A stretch of DNA of 64,000 nt from Bacteroidales bacterium (GTDB taxonomy: Bacteria > Bacteroidota > Bacteroidia > Bacteroidales > JAADJA01): contig JAWKKL010000002.1 in NCBI GenBank assembly GCA_041393275.1, positions 13,817-77,816 on the forward strand, in the 5' to 3' direction. Of this stretch, positions 21,301 through 30,069 are shown in pieces. The first letter of the stretch is position 1. Every line of letters starts with the position of its first letter. Made by a program: the position numbers and the translations under genes. The notes under the pieces are model-generated. The model searched no databases. It had not been told where the DNA came from and saw only the letters and a list, made by a program, of their open reading frames with translations.

Positions 21301-23704
21301 CTGGAATGATGGCTGATTCAAAACCTTCTGTATACGGAACCGAAGTGGCTTCACATGCGGTTTTAAAACTAACCGGCCCAACCCAATAACTTACATCTCC
21401 TTCGCCACAATCGGCCTGTACATAGTAATCATAAGCCGTGGCGTCATCAAGTCCGGTTAAGGTATATGGATTAGCATCAGCGATTGCATTAGGCACACCA
21501 CCTGGTAAAAAATCTTTTAAACCATATTCAATATTCCACTGGGTAGCCGATCCATTCTCTGTCCATTCAAGAACTGCAGATGTGGTTGTAAAATTATAAG
21601 CCAACGCATCGGTAGGTTTAGGACATGTCGGGGGGTGATCAATGATAATATTATCAATAAATACACCCTGGTAGCTAAATTGATATACCGCTTTGAATGC
21701 TATATACTGGTCAGTTCCTGAATACGTGCTAAAATCAATCTCAAACTCCTGAAAATCATTTGTTAAATCAACGGTTGTAAACTCTGTAAATGTTGCAGCA
21801 ACCAGGGGATCCGACATTGTACCAACAATTACCTGTGGTGAATATCCCAGTGAAAAGAAATTTACCCACAGACTATTTACCGGTTCGTTCAATTGAGGGG
21901 AAATAAACAGCGTTGTAGCAGTTCCATCATCACTATTAGTCAAATAAACAGAATTGGGTTCGGTATAAAAATTATAATTAACAGTTATCACATCTGCCCA
22001 GATGGATGTGGACTCAACCAGGCCTGACCAGCATAAAGGTAATTCCGGAGGATCCATGAGATCAAAATCTTCAATTACAGGCACATTTGCCAATTCACAT
22101 TCGGTATTAAATTCGTAAGGTCCTGACCAATAGCTCACATCCCCTGCACCACAATCGGCCTGAACATAAAATTCGTATACAGTGGAAGGCATCAATCCAG
22201 TTATTTCATGAGGATTTTGGCTTGTCGAAAATGTAGGAACACCAGTAGGAGTAAATCCCTTTGGACCATATTCAACATTCCACATAGTGGCACTGCCGTT
22301 TTCAACCCAACCTATAAATGCCGTTGTCGAAGAATATTCGCCTGCATAAAGGTCGGTTGGTTTCGGGCATGTCGGGGCATAATCAATAAGAATTTCATCA
22401 ATAAAAATAGTCTCATAAAAATTCCCAACCGGATGCTTAAATGCAATAAAGTTATCTGTTCCGGTATAATTGGTAAAATACACCTGGAATTCCTGATAAT
22501 CCTGATAATTTCCTGAAAGGTTAACGATGCTGATTTCATTATAAGTTGCCGGGTCATTAGGATCCGAAATTGTTCCAACAGATAATTGGGGGGAATAACC
22601 CCAGGCAAAGAAATTAACGAATTTACTGCTAACACCCCCATCAATGAGAGGAGAAATAAACAGTAATTCAGCCGTTAAATCATCAGCATTTTCCATCGAA
22701 ACGCAATAGGAATCGCCTATTCCATTGTAAGGTTGGGTTTGCACATACGCCCATTGCGAAAAAGTATTTTCAACCTTGTACCAGCATTCCGGTAAAACAG
22801 GGGGTAACGTGTTTTCAAAATCTTCGAAAACAGCCACTTCATAAGCATCGCATGCGGTCCTGAAAGACCAGACAGGCCCAGGGGTTTCCAGTAATTTTGA
22901 ACTGTTCCTCGAAACTACCTGCCAGAAATAATCGGTATTAAAAAGTAAGGTTCCCGGATCCCAGCTACCGTTTACCCCGGATATCGCATTGTCAACAACT
23001 TTTGTCATCGGGGGAAAATCGGTTCCAAAAAACAAATCATAGTTTTCAGTATTTGCTCCAAATGTCCATTCTACATCTGCCTCCACATCAACGGCAACAG
23101 ACTCATCCTGAGGTATTGGAGCGTATGCAGGGAGAGGGGCACCGGCTACCAGGTACGAAACAGCCAAATAGGGTTGGTTTGTTTCATTCCAACCATCACA
23201 GGTAATAGCGTAGCCTGTAAATGTCTCCCATTCCCAAATACTGATAGCAAACCATCCATCATCCATCTGCGCCTGTGCAGTAATAACTGCATCTGTACCT
23301 AAATCAGCAATAAACCAACCAGGCTCTGGGAAATTGGCCCCCTGCCACTCGGCATACATCGTGCCGTCAGTGCAGTCGGTAAATACATCTGCTGCGGTTC
23401 CTGAAAGCGGATCATATTCCATTGACATTACCCGCCAATAGGCATTGTTGTCAACGGCCACATAAAGGTTAAGTTCCAGCGTTTGGATAGTTGCCCCAGC
23501 TGGAATAGTTGAAATATCAAAGCGGGCCCAACCAGCCTCAATTCCTGCTGACTCAGTCTTAATCAAACTCGTTTGTGTAAAGCTTGTTCCATTTGTTGAT
23601 CCGGTATTGTAATCACCTGATCCTGGAAAACAGTTAATCGTCCCCTGTCCGAAGAGGAAAATTGTCAAAAAAAGGAATGACAATAGTAAAAATTGTTTTT
23701 TCAT
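18335..23704 (-). CDS. Giant secreted modular surface protein, paralog 2 (1789 aa; alternating choice-of-anchor-J-like and FN3-like modules, Ig-like domains, T9SS C-terminal sorting domain)
   Basis: Intact ORF with a signal peptide. It carries four FN3-like modules (C.KP..L...W.ENG.AT.WN.EYG..GF.P.G...YVQADCG.GD.SYW.GP..F.T.C), three A-type modules (FEDF..P.CW...ID.I.ID..PTC) and two B-type modules (PY.EGFE..PPCI.VENTNGD..NDWFFS.PLDL.GG.TY). The C-terminus reads LPNPNDGQFTL...GLYYLYI. Confidence 0.85.
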   Translation of the reverse strand: MKKQFLLLSFLFLTIFLFGQGTINCFPGSGDYNTGSTNGTSFTQTSLIKTESAGIEAGWARFDISTIPAGATIQTLELNLYVAVDNNAYWRVMSMEYDPLSGTAADVFTDCTDGTMYAEWQGANFPEPGWFIADLGTDAVITAQAQMDDGWFAISIWEWETFTGYAITCDGWNETNQPYLAVSYLVAGAPLPAYAPIPQDESVAVDVEADVEWTFGANTENYDLFFGTDFPPMTKVVDNAISGVNGSWDPGTLLFNTDYFWQVVSRNSSKLLETPGPVWSFRTACDAYEVAVFEDFENTLPPVLPECWYKVENTFSQWAYVQTQPYNGIGDSYCVSMENADDLTAELLFISPLIDGGVSSKFVNFFAWGYSPQLSVGTISDPNDPATYNEISIVNLSGNYQDYQEFQVYFTNYTGTDNFIAFKHPVGNFYETIFIDEILIDYAPTCPKPTDLYAGEYSSTTAFIGWVENGSATMWNVEYGPKGFTPTGVPTFSTSQNPHEITGLMPSTVYEFYVQADCGAGDVSYWSGPYEFNTECELANVPVIEDFDLMDPPELPLCWSGLVESTSIWADVITVNYNFYTEPNSVYLTNSDDGTATTLFISPQLNEPVNSLWVNFFSLGYSPQVIVGTMSDPLVAATFTEFTTVDLTNDFQEFEIDFSTYSGTDQYIAFKAVYQFSYQGVFIDNIIIDHPPTCPKPTDALAYNFTTTSAVLEWTENGSATQWNIEYGLKDFLPGGVPNAIADANPYTLTGLDDATAYDYYVQADCGEGDVSYWVGPVSFKTACEATSVPYTEGFESAIIPDVPPCIIVENTNGDFNSWYATNDAAYAGSNSIRVNYNGSLAMNDWFFSAPLDLTGGETYIVQFYYTSNSSSYVEKMEVLWGSFPNSSAMVNGPIFSDENINYAFTWYEGVGYFTPTTDGVYYVGWHGYSVPDQYNLYVDEILIDVAPSCLKPSWLDVITVSSSSALLTWTENGTATQWNIEYGYTGFVPTGSANATADSNPFELTGLEPGTTYDYYLQADCGGGDVSWWSSPKTFTTLCEAAAVPVFEDFDGVSIPDLPDCWMKISESVSGFADVATVNYNFYSGPNCLTINNSDDANADLYFISAPISDGASGKYLNFFALGYAPQISVGTMADPYDPNTYNEITTLTLSTFYQEYEVFFTNYTGPDQFMAIKGVFTGMYQDIYIDDITIDHPPTCPKPSNLTAGGMTQTTATLGWTENGTATQWNIEYGEMGFTPTGVPTAVANTNPYNLTSLNDGTFYDYYVQADCGAGDLSYWVGPYTFKTLCYPAALPYEEGFEDVFVPLVPPCIAVENTNGDNLQWMTSMNTPNSGMYHLAISYTYNNPMDDWFFSPPLDLLGGQTYNVVFHYTTNSANYYENLEVKFGSAAVSDSMTSDPIFTDEMFAYNNIYQEASTSFSPEESGIYFVGWHGYSIPGQWDIYIDDIFIEWDNSLVISATATPEEICDGEGTQLNATAVGGSGNFNYTWTSEPPGFNSTLQNPTVSPTETTEYFLEVNDGLISMFDSVTVIVYDLPGTPGPPLGVSYLCANYPTSTYSTSGASGANTYSWALDPVAAGTVSGTGTSVTVNWTIGFTGNVNLVVTGLNNGCEGPASNPLLIIRYLPNVTLEPFSAVNPNWPAFELTGGAPAGGEYSGPGVDNGWFDPGIAGPGTHTITYTYTDANLCENFAEETILVDLGIGINENSGELNVSILPNPNDGQFTLAINSVDVEKVNIKVVNNFGKEVFVKRNISLHKDFSDIIDLSNFAKGLYYLYIYSDKINHIEKVIIK

Positions 23705-23878
23705 AATGATAGATTTATATTATTTACTCAACCAAAAAATTGTTTCGAATTTGATATTTAGATTCATAAATAATTTAATTTATGGAAATAACTACCTGCA
23801 TTTCAAGGCTCATTAGCCTCAAGACCTTATTAAAATTCACCCGATGTTTTCGACCCTATAAATGTAATAAATTAAATG

Positions 23879-24685
23879 TTAATATATCTCGGGCACAAAA
23901 GTTTGTTCCGACATGGGTGGCCTGACATATCCTTTTTGACGTTCTCGAACAGGTAAATCAATATCTTTCGATGGTATATAATCATAGGGAATCATGGAAA
24001 GCATATGCGATATACAGTTCAGGCGGGCCCGTTTTTTATCGTCGGCTTCCACTACATACCAGGGCGATTGTTTCGTATCAGTATAGGAAAACATCTCATC
24101 TTTGGCCTTTGAGTACTCTTCCCATTTAGTGAAAGATTTTAAATCCACATCACTGAATTTCCAGCGTTTTGTTGGGTCTGTCAGGCGTGAACGGAATCGT
24201 TTTTCCTGTTCTTTATCACTTACTGAAAACCAGTATTTTATTAAAATGATCCCAGACCGGATCAACATTCTTTCAAAATTAGGGCACGACCGTAAAAACT
24301 CCCAATATTCTTCATCGCTGCAAAAACCCATGACCCGCTCCACCACAGGCCGGTTGTACCAGCTTCTGTCAAACAACACGATCTCACCAGCCGCCGGCAA
24401 ATGCGGAACATATCGTTGAAAATACCATTGTGTTTTTTCCCGTTCGGTGGGTTTGGCCAAAGCAACAATACGGCTCATCCGGGGGTTTAATTTTTCAGTG
24501 ATCCTTTTTATGGTACCCCCTTTTCCTGCAGCATCCCTTCCTTCGAAGATAACGACCACTTTAAGTCCTTTATCACGAACCCATTCCTGCAGTTTCACCA
24601 ATTCAATCTGAAGGCTTACCAATTCCTTCAAATACATTTTATCGCTTATTTTTGGCCGTTTTGCCGCTTTCTTTTTTTCCGTCAT
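23879..24685 (-). CDS. ppk2: Polyphosphate kinase 2 family protein
   Basis: 268 aa with a P-loop FEGRDAAGKGGTIKRI and FDRSWYNR. Confidence 0.9.
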   Translation of the reverse strand: MTEKKKAAKRPKISDKMYLKELVSLQIELVKLQEWVRDKGLKVVVIFEGRDAAGKGGTIKRITEKLNPRMSRIVALAKPTEREKTQWYFQRYVPHLPAAGEIVLFDRSWYNRPVVERVMGFCSDEEYWEFLRSCPNFERMLIRSGIILIKYWFSVSDKEQEKRFRSRLTDPTKRWKFSDVDLKSFTKWEEYSKAKDEMFSYTDTKQSPWYVVEADDKKRARLNCISHMLSMIPYDYIPSKDIDLPVRERQKGYVRPPMSEQTFVPEIY

Positions 24686-24720
24686 GTGTTTTACAAATTA
24701 TGACTCAAAGATAAAAATAA

Positions 24721-25893
24721 TCAAATATCAATTTTCCTGATCCCTAAACCAGTTTCGGCTTCGTAAAAATCGGCCGTTCTGTTTGTACTTTCAAAATATT
24801 TTTTACCCACATGCACCTTAAACATTTCCACCTGTTCTTTTGGCAACAAGCTGATTGAGCAACCTCCAAAGCCGGCCCCGGTCATTCGTGAGCCCAGGAC
24901 ACCCGGCACGTTTAGTGCCTCCTCAACAAGAATATCAAGTTCGATGCATGAAACTTCATAATCGTCGCGCAACGAATTGTGTGAACTTATCATTAGTTTC
25001 CCGAATCCAGTAAGGTTATTTTCGGATAATGCCCGGATGGCTTTCCTTACCCTGAAATTTTCATAAACCACATGCTGAGTTCTTTTTTGTATTATTTTAT
25101 CTTTAATTAAATTTTTCTTGTTTTCAAATTGCTCAACGCTTAAATCGGACAAATGGGAAATGGACAACTCTCTTTTAAGAACAAGTAAAGCCGACTCACA
25201 TTCTTGTCTGCGTTCATTGTATTTCGAATCGGCAAGCCCACGTTTTTTATTTGTATTTGTAATAATAATCACATAATCCTTCAAATCAAATAGGACAAGC
25301 TCATAATCCAGGGAATCACAATTTAAAAAGACAGCCCGGTCTTTTTTTCCTATTCCTACAGCAAATTGATCCATGATGCCACAATTCATCCCAACAAATT
25401 CGTTTTCTGCTTTTTGCGACATTTTAATCAGGTCAATCCTTGATAATTTCAAATCAAATAATTCATTCAATGCAAATGCCATCACCATTTCAATGGAAGC
25501 CGACGATGATAAACCCGCTTCATTGGGAATATCCCCAAAGAAAAGCATTTCCAATCCTGCATTTAAGGGTTTCATTTTTTCAAGTTGTGAAATAACCCCA
25601 AGCGGATAATTTACCCACTCCCGGCCAAGCGGCTTAATTTCATCTTTCAGCAAAATTTCAGCAGAATACGGGAAATTTATCGATTTAAATTTCAGGGTTT
25701 TATTTTTTGTTTTTCGTACCGCGAGGTAAGTTCCGAATTGCAGTGCAAAGGGCAGTACAAGTCCGCCATTGTAATCGGTGTGTTCACCGATCAGGTTCAC
25801 TCGACCCGGGGCAAAAAAAAGATGAATTTCTTCCGCATTACCTTTGTAGATTCGGATAAACTCTTTTTTAAGACTGATAATATCTAATGCCAT
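24721..25893 (-). CDS. galK: Galactokinase
   Basis: Has the GRVNLIGEHTDYNGG signature, GHMP motif GLSSSAS, and MTGAGFGGC. Confidence 0.93.
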   Translation of the reverse strand: MALDIISLKKEFIRIYKGNAEEIHLFFAPGRVNLIGEHTDYNGGLVLPFALQFGTYLAVRKTKNKTLKFKSINFPYSAEILLKDEIKPLGREWVNYPLGVISQLEKMKPLNAGLEMLFFGDIPNEAGLSSSASIEMVMAFALNELFDLKLSRIDLIKMSQKAENEFVGMNCGIMDQFAVGIGKKDRAVFLNCDSLDYELVLFDLKDYVIIITNTNKKRGLADSKYNERRQECESALLVLKRELSISHLSDLSVEQFENKKNLIKDKIIQKRTQHVVYENFRVRKAIRALSENNLTGFGKLMISSHNSLRDDYEVSCIELDILVEEALNVPGVLGSRMTGAGFGGCSISLLPKEQVEMFKVHVGKKYFESTNRTADFYEAETGLGIRKIDI

Positions 25894-25908
25894 TGGATTA
25901 GTAATTAT

Positions 25909-26684
25909 CTATCCAAAAATCCCTTTTACCGCCCCGCCATCAACACTTATTGTCTGTCCGGTAATATACCCTGAATGTTCAGATAATAACCAGGCTGCCA
26001 GCATCCCGAATGTTGATGTATCGCCCATATGGCCAACCCTAATTTGATTTTCATATTTCTTTTTTGCCTCTTCGAAGGTTATATTTTCGACTTGGCTGCG
26101 TTTCGTGAACAGACGCTGGGCAGCCGGTGTATCGTGGAAACCGGGGGCAAGGATATTTAATGTGATCCCTTCGCGTGCGATCTCTTGTGAAAGTGTTTTT
26201 ACAAAACCCACCACAGCCAGCCGCAATGAATTGCTCAACACCAGGTTTTCAACAGGCTGTTTAACCGATTCGCTTTCGATATAGACAAACCGGCCGTAGC
26301 GTTGCGCCCGGAAAACGGGTAATAATTTTTTTGTAAAATTCACTTTCCATCGTACAATGGTTTGATAGGCATTGTCCCAGTCTTCCATTTGTGTTTCGAG
26401 GAATGATTTGGCCGGTGGCCCGCCGGCATTGATCAATACGCCACTTAAAAACCTGCTGTTTATTTTTTCCAGGATTTCATTCTGAACGGAATCAGATGTA
26501 ATATCCCCTGAAATAATTTCGACCTGATCCGGAAAGTCTTTGAAAGTTGGTGGAGTTTATCTATATCCCTGGCGACTGCAATAATTTTAGCCCCATCATT
26601 CAATAATCCGAGGGCAACGCCTTTTCCTAAACCGCTGGTTGCGCCGCATACCACAAATAATTTTCCTTTTATCTTTAAATCCAT
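25909..26684 (-). CDS. SDR-family oxidoreductase (single frame break as sequenced)
   Basis: The N-terminus VVCGATSGLGKG (TGxxxGxG) lies in ORF 26460..26684. At about 26530 (CCGG where CCCGG would restore the frame) the protein continues as TFPDQVEIISGDITSD...LINAGGPPAK into ORF 25909..26436. Confidence 0.8.
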
Positions 26685-26724
26685 AGTTTATTAATCTTTA
26701 ATTTTTACTCAAAACTTTTCATTC

Positions 26725-26757
26725 ATCGGCTAAGCGGTTTAAATCCGCTAAGCCGAT
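26725..26757. other. Strong intergenic hairpin (13-bp stem, one A-A mismatch, 7-nt loop)
   Basis: ATCGGCTAAGCGG (26725-26737), TTTAAAT, CCGCTAAGCCGAT (26745-26757), between the radical SAM and SDR genes. No adjacent U-run on either strand. Confidence 0.6.
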
Positions 26758-26767
26758 TTATCCCCTA

Positions 26768-27658
26768 TCAAAGCCCCCTTTGCCATTCTTCCCGCAGAAT
26801 GCCAGAGCGGGGATTTGCAATGGCATAATCAAGCTGGCTTTGCAATTTTTGATTATCCCGCCCCAAAATTCCTTTTAACGAAACATAATTCGATGCATGA
26901 TCGCTTCTGAAAATCGTATTGGATAAGGATGTTTCCGATAAGAAAAACAGAAGCTCCTGCATCAGTTCAATGTTGTTCATTTCTTCGAATTCTCCTAAAA
27001 ACTTTTGTTTGTAGTGATCGACCCCAAAAGGAAAACTCAGTACAAGGGTGGATAAAAAGTCAGGCTGGATTACAGAAACTATCTTCGCAGAATTCAACGC
27101 GTGTTGTTTTGAATATTTTTTCCCGCCGAGACCATTTAAAATCATCACGGAAGTTTTAATTCCTGCATGCTGCGCTTTCAATAGGTTTCGCTCAATTGAA
27201 TTAACCGTCTCCCCCTTATTGACCAGGGCCAATAATTCTTCGTCTCCGGTTTCAATTCCCACGTAGATAAGTTTTAATCCGGCATTTCTTAATTCCAAAA
27301 GTTCTTTTTCCGACTTGTTTTCCAGGTCGCTGCAACTTGCATAAGTCGATACCCGTGTTAATTTTGGAAAACTATGCTGAAGCTGGTTTAATATGTTCAG
27401 CAATCGTTTTGTGCTCAATACCATGGCGTTTCCATCGGCCAGGAAAACCTTGCGGACATCAGCATAGTAATTCGATGCCACTTCAATTTCTTCTATTACC
27501 GCGTCTTCACTTTTTACTTTAAATGTTTTGGAGGTGTACATTTCGCAAAAGGCGCAACGGTTCCACGAACATCCTGTCGTTACCTGAAAAATGAAGGAGT
27601 AGGCCTCGCTGGGAGGACGGAACAGGGGTTCGTCATACTTAACCGGAGAAAAAATCAT
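26768..27658 (-). CDS. Radical SAM domain protein, function unknown
   Basis: 296 aa with the CxxxCxxC cluster motif CSWNRCAFC near the N-terminus, followed by GIETGDEE-type barrel motifs. Confidence 0.8.
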   Translation of the reverse strand: MIFSPVKYDEPLFRPPSEAYSFIFQVTTGCSWNRCAFCEMYTSKTFKVKSEDAVIEEIEVASNYYADVRKVFLADGNAMVLSTKRLLNILNQLQHSFPKLTRVSTYASCSDLENKSEKELLELRNAGLKLIYVGIETGDEELLALVNKGETVNSIERNLLKAQHAGIKTSVMILNGLGGKKYSKQHALNSAKIVSVIQPDFLSTLVLSFPFGVDHYKQKFLGEFEEMNNIELMQELLFFLSETSLSNTIFRSDHASNYVSLKGILGRDNQKLQSQLDYAIANPRSGILREEWQRGL

Positions 27659-27748
27659 GGTTGTTCTATTTGAAACTTATTTTAATTTAGCCAAATGTTA
27701 CGCAAAATTAACAATCGTATTTAATTATTTACATTTATAATCCTTAAA

Positions 27749-29977
27749 ATGAAAAGTACACAACATCTTCTCCCCTCTTTTTTCCTGATTATTTTTTTAT
27801 CACTTTTAACTTTCAGTGGTTTTTGTCAACTACAAAATGTCAACAACTTGCCGGATATTTCATTCAATGGAAAATTTATTATCACTCCGCAGAATAGCGG
27901 TTTCAGAGCCATTTCGGAAAACGGGCTGTACAATGTTAAATATGAAATAGCTGAAGTTTCGGACGAAAACAGGAAACTGACCCATGTTCAACTTTACAAA
28001 AATGAACAGCGTTTGTACTCGCTTCCTTCTGTTCCGGGGGCTGATGTTTATGTTTCGAATAGCGGATGTATGGCGGTACTGGATATGAACCTCCATTTTA
28101 TGCAAAAACTGACCATCCACTTTTTTGATAATAAGGGAGAATCGCTGTTTTCGGAAGCTTTCGAGTATGCTTCATTGTTTGGTTTCAGTCCTTCGGGGAA
28201 ACGGTTTGTGGTTGGGACCGATAAAAACCTGCACGTGATTTTGATTGAAGAAAACAAAATTATTAAGCTTAAACCGGCCAGCGAGTTTGCGTTTTCGGAG
28301 GACGAAACTTATTTGGCAACGGCCAGGGAATCGGACCTTACCATTTATAAAAACGGGAAAGAAATTAATTCAATTAATACGGGTTTGTTTTACCCGAGAG
28401 GATTAGCTGTGGATGCCGGAAATAATAAGGTTTGGATAATTGGAAAACAAAAAATAAAAGCTTATCAAATTGAAAACGGCAGCTTATTCTATGAAGATGA
28501 ACTTTCAGAGGATTTCTCTTTCAGGGATTTGATAATTAAGAATGATATGATTTATTCCGGGATTCATTATAAATACAACGGCATTTCAAAAGGAATTATC
28601 AGAACATATAATAGCTCAGGCCAGATCATCACCGAAGAAGTGAAAGCAACGAAATCATTCCAGCAATTTGAGAAAAAACCGGCTTCCAGTAAATCATCAA
28701 AATACAACGCCATTCCCTGGCCTTTTGTCCCGTTCGATGAGGTGCATAAAGTATGGAACCATTACGAACAACATATGGGAGATGGTTCGGGCGACTGGGC
28801 CTATTTGCACCAGGGCCTCGATCTTGAAGTGCCGATTAATGAACCGACGTATGCCGTTGAGGAAGGATGGGTAAAGTTGGTCCTTACCATAGGCGGTGCC
28901 TCCTATTGGCGGCTTGCCATCAGTCCTGAGCAAACATCAGGCTATTCCGATGGCTGGTTGTATGCCCACCTTGTCGAAAGCAGCATTATGGTTGATGTGG
29001 GGGATTATGTTGAGGTGCATGATTACCTGGGCGATATCATTTACTGGTCCGACGACTGGGGGCATATTCATTTTGTCAACATTCACGACCAGGGAAATAT
29101 CTGGTATTATGATGATGATGAATGGGGCATAAATTTTAATCCTCTGCTGGCGTTAGATCCAATAACTGATGAAGTTGCGCCTGTCATCGAAAACTTTTCA
29201 TCATCATCAAAATTTGGTATCTGCATAAATGAATCATCAACTTTTTTAAATCCCGGGAATGTGTATGGAGATATTGATATCATTGCAAAGATCAGCGACT
29301 TTCATGGCGATTCTGAATGGGAACAACCGGCCTTTAAAACCTATTATTGGCTTACCAAACTTCCGGCAAATGATACGGTTTTTCCGAAAACCCTGGGGCA
29401 AATATTAAATCATTCGTACGAAATGTACAACAGCACGTTTTTTACGTATTATGCCCCGGTACTTTATTACAAAGACTACCTCCACCCTTCTCCGCCCTGG
29501 ATGAACACCAGCCGCGACTATTACCAGATACTTACAAACAATAATGGAGACTCGATTATAGAGATTTCAGAAAGTGCCCTCGCATTTGAAACGACAAATT
29601 ACACCGATGGCGACTACCGTCTTTTTGTTGAAGCCTGGGACGAATTTGGTAACATGGATGTGGACAGCATGACGGTGACGTTTAATAATGGAATTTATAC
29701 AAACACTCAGTCAATTGTTGTAAGCAAAAAGGCTGGATTGTATCCAAATCCATGCCATGATGTTGTGGTAATTGAGGCATCATTTGTTGGGGATCAAAAG
29801 ATATCACTATCAATTTATAACCTGGAAATGCAAGAATTTTTCAATAAAGAAATAAACCCGGACAGCTTTAAAAATGGGAATTATACAATTAATACGAATT
29901 TCCTGAAATCCGGCATATACTTAATTGAGCTTTCTAACGATGAAAATTTTTACAGCAATAAATTGGTTAAACTGTAA
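27749..29977 (+). CDS. T9SS-sorted secreted protein with an M23-like metallopeptidase core
   Basis: Has a signal peptide. HQGLD (HxxxD) and a later WGHIHF (HxH) match M23 zinc ligands. The C-terminus is LYPNPCHDVVVIE...GIYLIEL. Confidence 0.65.
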   Translation: MKSTQHLLPSFFLIIFLSLLTFSGFCQLQNVNNLPDISFNGKFIITPQNSGFRAISENGLYNVKYEIAEVSDENRKLTHVQLYKNEQRLYSLPSVPGADVYVSNSGCMAVLDMNLHFMQKLTIHFFDNKGESLFSEAFEYASLFGFSPSGKRFVVGTDKNLHVILIEENKIIKLKPASEFAFSEDETYLATARESDLTIYKNGKEINSINTGLFYPRGLAVDAGNNKVWIIGKQKIKAYQIENGSLFYEDELSEDFSFRDLIIKNDMIYSGIHYKYNGISKGIIRTYNSSGQIITEEVKATKSFQQFEKKPASSKSSKYNAIPWPFVPFDEVHKVWNHYEQHMGDGSGDWAYLHQGLDLEVPINEPTYAVEEGWVKLVLTIGGASYWRLAISPEQTSGYSDGWLYAHLVESSIMVDVGDYVEVHDYLGDIIYWSDDWGHIHFVNIHDQGNIWYYDDDEWGINFNPLLALDPITDEVAPVIENFSSSSKFGICINESSTFLNPGNVYGDIDIIAKISDFHGDSEWEQPAFKTYYWLTKLPANDTVFPKTLGQILNHSYEMYNSTFFTYYAPVLYYKDYLHPSPPWMNTSRDYYQILTNNNGDSIIEISESALAFETTNYTDGDYRLFVEAWDEFGNMDVDSMTVTFNNGIYTNTQSIVVSKKAGLYPNPCHDVVVIEASFVGDQKISLSIYNLEMQEFFNKEINPDSFKNGNYTINTNFLKSGIYLIELSNDENFYSNKLVKL

Positions 29978-30069
29978 GGCAAAGAATTAATTACTAACCC
30001 TTTGTTTACCAACTGGCGCGAGTCTGAGATAAAGCCTCAGGGCTAATTTTGCGCCCTAAAATATAACGC

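Noticed and set aside
30015-30055. Nested hairpin (GGCGC..CTGAG-N7-CTCAG..GCGCC) just upstream of guaA, considered as a purine riboswitch or terminator
   Set aside because: It lacks the conserved purine-riboswitch junction and loop sequences, has no U-run, is short, and shows only 5-bp stems.
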